Origin: Sphingomonas sp.
GTDB lineage: Bacteria > Pseudomonadota > Alphaproteobacteria > Sphingomonadales > Sphingomonadaceae
NCBI GenBank assembly: GCA_035309885.1
Contig: DATGEV010000254.1
Coordinates: 1 to 34,197, forward strand
DNA: 34,197 nt
Direction: 5' to 3'
Shown: one piece after another, positions 28,503 through 34,197 of the stretch
Numbering within the stretch: position 1 is the first letter of the stretch
How the letters are laid out: each line of letters begins with the position of its first letter
The notes under the pieces: generated by a model
Database searches by the model: none
Seen by the model: the letters and a program-made list of their open reading frames with translations, nothing else
Told to the model about the DNA's origin: nothing
Program-made: the position numbers and the translations under genes

Positions 28503-29561
28503 ATGATCGAACTTCGGAAATGGGGAGAACTGCCCGGCGGCGAGCCGGTCATGCTGGCGACGCTGGCCGACGGACACGGCCTCGAAGTGCGCGTGTCGAG
28601 CTACGGCGCCTCGCTCGTCTCGATCCGCGTGCCGGATCGCGCGGGGCTGGTCGAGGACGTACTTCTCGGCCTCGATACACTGGCCGACTATCTCGATCCC
28701 GCCCTGCAGGCGGGCTGGCCCTATCTCGGGTCGACGATCGGGCGCACCGCCAACCGGATCGCCGGCGCGCGCTTCACCATCGACGGGCAAGAGCATCGCC
28801 TCGCCGCCAACGAGGGGGACAACCAGCTCCACGGCGGCCCGATCGGCTTCGACCGGGTTGCGTGGCAGGCAGAGATCCTCCGCGATGCGCCGGGTGTGCG
28901 CCTGCGCCATGTCAGCCCCGATGGCGATCAGGGCTTCCCGGGTCGCGTGGAGGCGCAGGCCGACTTCCTGCTCGGCGCGCCCGGCGAACTCATCGTCCGC
29001 TATACCGCCACAACCGACCGGCCGACCCATGTCGGCATGGCTTCACACCCCTATTTCAACCTTGCGGGCCGGCGCTCGCGCAGCATCGCGCAGCACCGGC
29101 TGACGGTGGCCGCCGAGGCGATCCTGCCAATCGACGCCACGGCGATCCCGCTGCCGGGGCCCCCCATGCCCGTCACCGGCACGCCTTTTGACCTGCGTGA
29201 AGGCCGGATGATCGGCGCGCTCGTCCTGGCCGATCATCCCCAACTGCGAACGGGCGATGGCCTGAACCACTGTTTCCTGCTTGACCCTGCCGCGTCGCCG
29301 GCGGCGCGGCTCGAACATCCGGAGAGCGGCCGCTGCCTGGAGCTCGTCACGACGGAGCCCGGCCTCCAGATCTACAGCGCCAACGGTTTCAACGGGAGCT
29401 TGCGTGATGGCGAGGGGCGCCCCTTCGTTCGCCGTCAGGCCATCGCACTCGAAGCGCAGCACTTCCCCGACAGCCCCAACCGCCCCGACTTCCCGTCAAC
29501 GCTGCTGCGCCCCGGCGAGACCTACCGCAGCGAAACGCGGATGCGCTTTTCAAGCCGCTAG
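28503..29561 (+). CDS. galM: Aldose 1-epimerase (galactose mutarotase)
   Basis: Motifs GSTIGRTANRI, NQLHGG, DGDQGFPG, HPYFNL, TTEPGLQIYS and LEAQHFPDSPNRPDFP. Confidence 0.92.
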   Translation: MIELRKWGELPGGEPVMLATLADGHGLEVRVSSYGASLVSIRVPDRAGLVEDVLLGLDTLADYLDPALQAGWPYLGSTIGRTANRIAGARFTIDGQEHRLAANEGDNQLHGGPIGFDRVAWQAEILRDAPGVRLRHVSPDGDQGFPGRVEAQADFLLGAPGELIVRYTATTDRPTHVGMASHPYFNLAGRRSRSIAQHRLTVAAEAILPIDATAIPLPGPPMPVTGTPFDLREGRMIGALVLADHPQLRTGDGLNHCFLLDPAASPAARLEHPESGRCLELVTTEPGLQIYSANGFNGSLRDGEGRPFVRRQAIALEAQHFPDSPNRPDFPSTLLRPGETYRSETRMRFSSR

Positions 29562-29664
29562 AGCGATTTCGAAGCGGATGGAATCATCCGCTGACTCGGA
29601 AATCGCGTCAAACCAACGACCTAGAGTAGCCGATCCGATGCAATCGGAGCGGATTTCGCTCTAG
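29558..29664. repeat. 107-bp palindromic intergenic repeat, copy 2
   Basis: Termini CTAGAGCGA...TCGCTCTAG. Its TAG is the galM stop codon. Confidence 0.85.
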
Positions 29665-29674
29665 GCCGATACCG

Positions 29675-30412
29675 TCAGCCGCCCTGTCGAATGTGGCCGC
29701 CAGCATCGAGCAGCAGATTAAGCGCCCCTTCGATCAGGACGTACATTTCATGCTGGGCGCGCTTGGGGTCGTGCTCGACGATGGCATCCGCCACCGCCTT
29801 ATGCTCGGCCGCGCTGGCACGCGGCACGCCCTTATAGGCGTTGGTGCGACGGATGCTGAAGCGCAGTGTCGCCTCGGCGAGATCGGTGAACTGGCGGAAG
29901 AAACGGTTGTTGCTCGCCTCCAGCACCGCCACGTGAAAGGCGATGTCGGCCGCGAGCGCGTCGTCGTCGCCGGCGTCCGCCGCCACCATCCGCTCGATCG
30001 CATCCATGATTCGCGCATGCTGCGCCTCTGTTCCGAGCGTGGCGGCCAGCGCCGCAGCCCGCGGTTCGATTGCAAGGCGAACTTCGGTGAAGTCGACCAT
30101 CAGCTCGATGCTGAACTTGCGCTCCAGCATCCAGTGCAGAACGTCGGGATCGAGCAGGTTCCACTGATCCTCGGGTTGCACCGAGGTGCCCTGACGCGGC
30201 CGGGCCGCGAGCAGACCCTTCGCGGTCAGCATCTTGACCGCCTCGCGCAGCACCGGCCGGCTCACGCCATATTGTTTGCACAGCTCGGCCTCGTAAGGAA
30301 AGACGATGCCGTTGCTGAAACGACCGGTGACGATCGCGCGGCCGAGATCCTGCGTGATCGTCGCCGTAAGATTGCGGCCTTCGCGGTTCGATCGTGAAAA
30401 GCTGTCGCTCAT
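29675..30412 (-). CDS. dgoR: GntR/FadR-family regulator, DgoR-like
   Basis: wHTH EAELCKQYGVSRPVLREAVKMLTAKGL, QWNLLDPDVLHW and FCD motif DIAFHVAVLEASNN. Directly follows dgoA. Confidence 0.82.
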   Translation of the reverse strand: MSDSFSRSNREGRNLTATITQDLGRAIVTGRFSNGIVFPYEAELCKQYGVSRPVLREAVKMLTAKGLLAARPRQGTSVQPEDQWNLLDPDVLHWMLERKFSIELMVDFTEVRLAIEPRAAALAATLGTEAQHARIMDAIERMVAADAGDDDALAADIAFHVAVLEASNNRFFRQFTDLAEATLRFSIRRTNAYKGVPRASAAEHKAVADAIVEHDPKRAQHEMYVLIEGALNLLLDAGGHIRQGG

Positions 30413-30455
30413 GGATGATGACTCGCCTTCTTCGGACCGTCGCGCAAGTCCAACG

Positions 30456-31082
30456 TCATGCCGCACTCTCTTTGTATCCCCGCACGAGCGCCATGGCGCG
30501 CGCGCCCACCTCCACCGGCGAACGTCCGGGGGCGTAGAGCGAGGAGCCGATACCGAAGCCCGCCGCGCCCGCCGCGCGATAGGCCGCCATCGAGGCGGGA
30601 TCGACGCCACCCACCGGAAAGACCTTGGCATCGGCGGGCAGTACCGCGCGCAACGCCTTCAGCATGGCTAGGCCCGCCACCTCGGCCGGGAACAGCTTGA
30701 GCGCATCGGCGCCGGCGTCGAGCGCGGCGAAAGCCTCGCTTGGCGTATAGAAGGCCGGAAAGGAGATGAGCCCCCGCGCCTTGGTCGCGCGGATCACCTC
30801 GACATTGGTGTTGGGCGAAATGATGATCCGGCCGCCCGCATCCGCGACCTCGGTGACGGCCTGGGCGTTCAGCACCGTCCCCGCCCCGATGAGCGCTCGG
30901 TCACCGAACCGCCGCTGCAGAATCGCGATGCTTTCGAGCGGCTGAGGCGAATTGAGCGGCACTTCGAGACAGCGGAAACCGGCTTCCAGCAGCACCGCAC
31001 CGATCGGCTCGGCCTCGGCGGGCGTCAGTCCACGCAGGATCGCGACCAGCGGCACGCCCTCGAAAATATTCATCCAGCTCAC
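30456..31082 (-). CDS. dgoA: 2-dehydro-3-deoxy-6-phosphogalactonate aldolase
   Basis: Motifs PLVAILRGLTP, LEVPLNSPQP, IGAGTV, ISPN, LKLFPAE and FGIGSSLY. The GTG at 31082 overlaps the dgoK stop; ATG 31073 is an alternative. Confidence 0.9.
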   Translation of the reverse strand: MSWMNIFEGVPLVAILRGLTPAEAEPIGAVLLEAGFRCLEVPLNSPQPLESIAILQRRFGDRALIGAGTVLNAQAVTEVADAGGRIIISPNTNVEVIRATKARGLISFPAFYTPSEAFAALDAGADALKLFPAEVAGLAMLKALRAVLPADAKVFPVGGVDPASMAAYRAAGAAGFGIGSSLYAPGRSPVEVGARAMALVRGYKESAA

Positions 31083-31969
31083 AGGCAAGCTCCTTGCACA
31101 ATATCGTGGCCGATCCGCCACAGACCCGCCGCGGCCGCCTCGTCTCCGGCAACGACCTGGGGCGGAGGGAAACCAGCCCGAGCCATCGCGCGGACATAGC
31201 GCTCGACGAGCGCTCCCTCGCCGATGATCGTCGTCGAGGCCGCGCGATCAGCGGCCGCGAGTTCGGCGCCGATCAGCAGGCCGGAGAGATAATCGGCAAG
31301 GCCATGCGGCTCGATATGGCCGAACAATCCCTCGGTCCGCACACTGAACAGGAGCGCGGTCAGCGCCGGATCGGCAAACGCACGCTCGACGCCGCGATCG
31401 AAGGCGCCGGGATCGCCCGGCCCGTCCTCCATCAGCCGGCCCAGCAGCGAATGGGTGCGGAGCAGCGCGAAGATCTCGCCGGTCATGAAGGTGCGAAACC
31501 GACAGATGGCGCCGTCTTCCATGCCGACCCACTTGCTGTGCGTGCCGGGGAGGATCACCGTGCCATCGCGGACGCCGGCGCCGAGCAACTGCACCTCCTC
31601 GCCCCGCATCACGTCATGCCCCCCCGACGTATCAACACAGGACACGCCCGGTACGATCCAGCCGGGACCGAACCCCGTATCGAAGCGGAGCGCGCGCGCG
31701 GCGAGGCCGGACGGCGCCGCCGGGCAGGCCAGATAGGGTGCCTCGTGCCAGCCCTGGCGGCTGCCGATCATGCCGCCGAGCAGGATCGGCACGCTCCCAT
31801 CCGTCCAGCCGTCGACCAGATGGCGCAGAACAGCCGCATAGTTGCCGTCACGCACGGCCGAGATGCCCGCTCCCTGCTTGCAGGTTGCGACGACCGCGCC
31901 CTCGCCATCAAAGGCCCAGGCGCGGAGGTTGCTCGTTCCCCAGTCGACTCCAATCAGGGCGATAGTCAT
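31079..31969 (-). CDS. dgoK: 2-dehydro-3-deoxygalactonokinase
   Basis: Motifs VDWGTSNLRAW, GMIGSRQGWHEAPY, DVMRGEEVQ, LPGTHSKW, TFMTGE and YLSGLLIGAE. Confidence 0.93.
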   Translation of the reverse strand: MTIALIGVDWGTSNLRAWAFDGEGAVVATCKQGAGISAVRDGNYAAVLRHLVDGWTDGSVPILLGGMIGSRQGWHEAPYLACPAAPSGLAARALRFDTGFGPGWIVPGVSCVDTSGGHDVMRGEEVQLLGAGVRDGTVILPGTHSKWVGMEDGAICRFRTFMTGEIFALLRTHSLLGRLMEDGPGDPGAFDRGVERAFADPALTALLFSVRTEGLFGHIEPHGLADYLSGLLIGAELAAADRAASTTIIGEGALVERYVRAMARAGFPPPQVVAGDEAAAAGLWRIGHDIVQGACL

Positions 31970-32826
31970 CCCGCGAACCTCCGCGACGGCAGTCCGGTGG
32001 CTCCAGCGAACACCTCGAACAGCGCGCCTGCATGTTCCTCGTTTTCGGTGCCCATGGCGGCGGAGGTGACGAACATCCGATCGAGCGCGTCGCCTGCGAA
32101 CGCGATGCTGGTGATGTTGGTGGCCGGCAGCATGATCGATCGGTCGAAGCTCGCGTCGGCACGGAAGCGGCTGATCCGTGCGCCGCCCCAGTGCGCGATC
32201 CAGATCCCTCCTTCACTGTCCGTCGTCATGCCGTCGGGATAGCCCATATCCTCCTCGAAACGGAGGAAGACGCGCTTGTGCGAGAGCGCGCCGTCGGGCG
32301 AGAAATCAAAGGCATAGACCGTCCGCGCACCGCTGTCGGTGTGATAGAGGGTTTCGCCATCGGGGCTGAAGGTCGGGCCGTTGGTGACCTGATAGCCTTC
32401 ATCATGCGTCGACCAGCGGAGGTCCGGATCGAGTCGGTGCAACCGGCCGGAAGCCTGTTCGTCCCGATCATCCTTGCTGCCCGCCCAGATGCGCCCACAG
32501 GCATCCACCTTGGCATCGTTCAGCCGGTTGTCCGGCAGGTCCGGCTCGGGAGTACCGATCGGACGGATCGCGAAGGGCTCCAGTGACAGTTCCGCAAAGC
32601 CGCTCTTGAGCCCGATGATGAAATCGTCGCGCCCTTCGCGCTCGATCGCCCAGCCGATCCGTTCGGGCATCGCCCAGCTGGTGACTGCACCGCTCGCAAG
32701 GTCCATGCGGTGCAATGCCGGTGCCATGATATCCACCCAGAACAGGCAGCCACGCGCCGGCGACCAGCATGGCCCCTCGCCCAGCGTGTCCCTGCTTTCG
32801 CGCGCGATGATCCGATAGTCCGGCAT
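31966..32826 (-). CDS. SMP-30/gluconolactonase family sugar lactonase
   Basis: Motifs LGEGPCW, NRLNDAKVD, NGPTFSPDG and PDGMTTDSEG. ATGA overlap with dgoK. Confidence 0.9.
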   Translation of the reverse strand: MPDYRIIARESRDTLGEGPCWSPARGCLFWVDIMAPALHRMDLASGAVTSWAMPERIGWAIEREGRDDFIIGLKSGFAELSLEPFAIRPIGTPEPDLPDNRLNDAKVDACGRIWAGSKDDRDEQASGRLHRLDPDLRWSTHDEGYQVTNGPTFSPDGETLYHTDSGARTVYAFDFSPDGALSHKRVFLRFEEDMGYPDGMTTDSEGGIWIAHWGGARISRFRADASFDRSIMLPATNITSIAFAGDALDRMFVTSAAMGTENEEHAGALFEVFAGATGLPSRRFAG

Positions 32827-32844
32827 GCCTTCTCCCTTGAAGCA

Positions 32845-32891
32845 GATTTATATTACTTAATCTTGACCCGTTCGCAAAGGGGCATGATAAT
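32845..32891 (+). promoter_or_regulatory. sigma70 promoter for araFG with an adjacent AT-rich candidate operator
   Basis: TTGACC (32863-32868), 17-bp spacer, GATAAT (32886-32891). The AT-rich box 32845-32861 abuts the -35. Confidence 0.6.
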
Positions 32892-32938
32892 GCCGCCACG
32901 AACAGAGGCGGCGCAAAGCCGTGGACTCGGGAGGGATT

Positions 32939-33931
32939 GTGATCTCAAGGCGGGGGTTTCTGGCGGGTTCGGCCGCGCTCGGCGCCGCCACGGCGCTTGC
33001 CGGATGCACACGGCCCAGCGGCAGGATTCGCATTGGCTTCCTCGTCAAGCAACCCGAGGAACAATGGTTCCAGGACGAGTGGCGTTTCGCTGGCATGGCC
33101 GCCCGCGACAAGGGCTTCGAGCTGATCCGCATCGGCGCCGAGGATGGCGACCGGGTGCTGGCCGCGATCGACAATCTCTACGCGCAATATGCGCAGGGCT
33201 TCGTGATCTGCACGCCCGATCCCAAGCTCGGCACCGCGGTCAGGCTGCGCGCGCAGGCCAATGGACTGAAGCTGCTTTCGGTCGATGACCGGTTGATCGG
33301 GCCGGACGGCCAGCCGATCGACTCCATCCCCTATGTTGGCATCTCGGCGGCCGCGATCGGCGAGATGGCGGGGCGCGAGGCGATGGCGGAAGCGCGCCGC
33401 CGTGGCTGGAATCCTGCCGAAACCGGCGTGCTGCGCCTCGCCTTTGACAGCCTCGACACCGGCCGGGAGCGGACGGAAGGCGGCGTGCGCGCCGCGCTCC
33501 AGGGCGGCATCCTCCCCGCGCACATCTACAGCGCGCCGCAGCGGACCACCGATACCGAGGGCGGCTTCACCGCAGCCGATCCGGTGCTCACCCAGCGACA
33601 GGCGATCCGTCGCTGGATCATCCTTGGCATGAACGACGAAAGCGTGCTGGGCGGCGTGCGCGCGGCCGAAGGGCTCGGCCTTGGGCAGGACGCGGTGATC
33701 GGCGTCGGCATCGGTGGTTCGGGCACGGCCGAGGCCGAATTCTCCAAGCCCCAGCCGACCGGCTTCCACGCCTCCGTCCTGCTGAGCCCGCGCCGGCACG
33801 GCTACGACACCTCCGTGATGATGTATGACTGGATCACGCGCAACGTGCCGCCACCGCTCGTCACCTACACCACCGGCACACTGATGGACCGCGCCAATTT
33901 CCGCGGCCTGCTCAGGGCGGAGGCCGCATGA
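32939..33931 (+). CDS. araF: L-arabinose/D-galactose ABC transporter substrate-binding protein (Tat lipoprotein)
   Basis: [41 protein letters not shown] and HGYDTS match AraF. The N-terminus has SRRGFL and LAGC. GTG 32939 follows GGAGG. Confidence 0.88.
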   Translation: MISRRGFLAGSAALGAATALAGCTRPSGRIRIGFLVKQPEEQWFQDEWRFAGMAARDKGFELIRIGAEDGDRVLAAIDNLYAQYAQGFVICTPDPKLGTAVRLRAQANGLKLLSVDDRLIGPDGQPIDSIPYVGISAAAIGEMAGREAMAEARRRGWNPAETGVLRLAFDSLDTGRERTEGGVRAALQGGILPAHIYSAPQRTTDTEGGFTAADPVLTQRQAIRRWIILGMNDESVLGGVRAAEGLGLGQDAVIGVGIGGSGTAEAEFSKPQPTGFHASVLLSPRRHGYDTSVMMYDWITRNVPPPLVTYTTGTLMDRANFRGLLRAEAA

Positions 33932-34197
33932 CCGCGCTGCTCACCTATCAGGGGGTTGGCAAGACCTTCCCCGGCGTGGTCGCGCTCGACGGCGTCTCCT
34001 TCTCGGTCGCGGGCGCCGAGGTTCGCGCGCTCATGGGGGAGAATGGCGCGGGCAAGTCGACCCTGCTCAAGATCCTCGCCGGCGAATATCGGCCGGACAG
34101 CGGCCGGCTGCTGGTCGACGGCGCGCCGGTCGCCTTCACGGGCCCGCGCGATTCACAGGCGGCGGGCATCGCCATCATCCATCAGGAGCTGCACCTC
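33928..34197 (+). CDS. araG: Monosaccharide ABC transporter ATP-binding protein (partial)
   Basis: Manual translation: [56 protein letters not shown] overlap with araF. Confidence 0.87.
   Translation, partial: MTALLTYQGVGKTFPGVVALDGVSFSVAGAEVRALMGENGAGKSTLLKILAGEYRPDSGRLLVDGAPVAFTGPRDSQAAGIAIIHQELHL

Noticed and set aside
25707-29030. 1107-aa minus-strand ORF, and similar long ORFs at 12493-14832, 15654-18542, 18386-20812, 2851-4545 and 23475-24779
   Set aside because: These are antisense shadows of well-supported genes, expected from high-GC codon bias, and show no recognisable motifs.
30413-30631. N-terminal extension of the GntR ORF
   Set aside because: It overlaps dgoA, and the wHTH begins shortly after ATG 30412.

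Overview
High-GC alphaproteobacterial chromosome segment, most consistent with Sphingomonadaceae (inferred from gene content). In order: (1) a translationally coupled minus-strand operon of fused 5-oxoprolinase, DUF969, DUF979 and DUF2891; (2) an AbrB-type antitoxin/Doc pair in which Doc has lost its catalytic His, then a PPP-type metallophosphoesterase and a convergent RNB ribonuclease; (3) an ECF sigma module with no visible anti-sigma, driven by two near-identical back-to-back promoters (CGGGAAC-N14-GGCATCCAAT), one facing a truncated, diverged folE coupled to the sigma gene and the other facing DUF4142 plus a cupredoxin; (4) a ~106-bp palindromic repeat (second copy at 29.6 kb) beside AraC and IS5 gene debris; (5) a galactoside/galactose (possibly also arabinose) locus with GH2, GH36, TonB receptor, galM, dgoR/dgoA/dgoK, a lactonase and araF/araG, interrupted by a CzcA-type RND efflux operon followed by kup. 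No rRNA, tRNA or CRISPR array was seen. All family calls come from motif recognition by eye; no searches were run.
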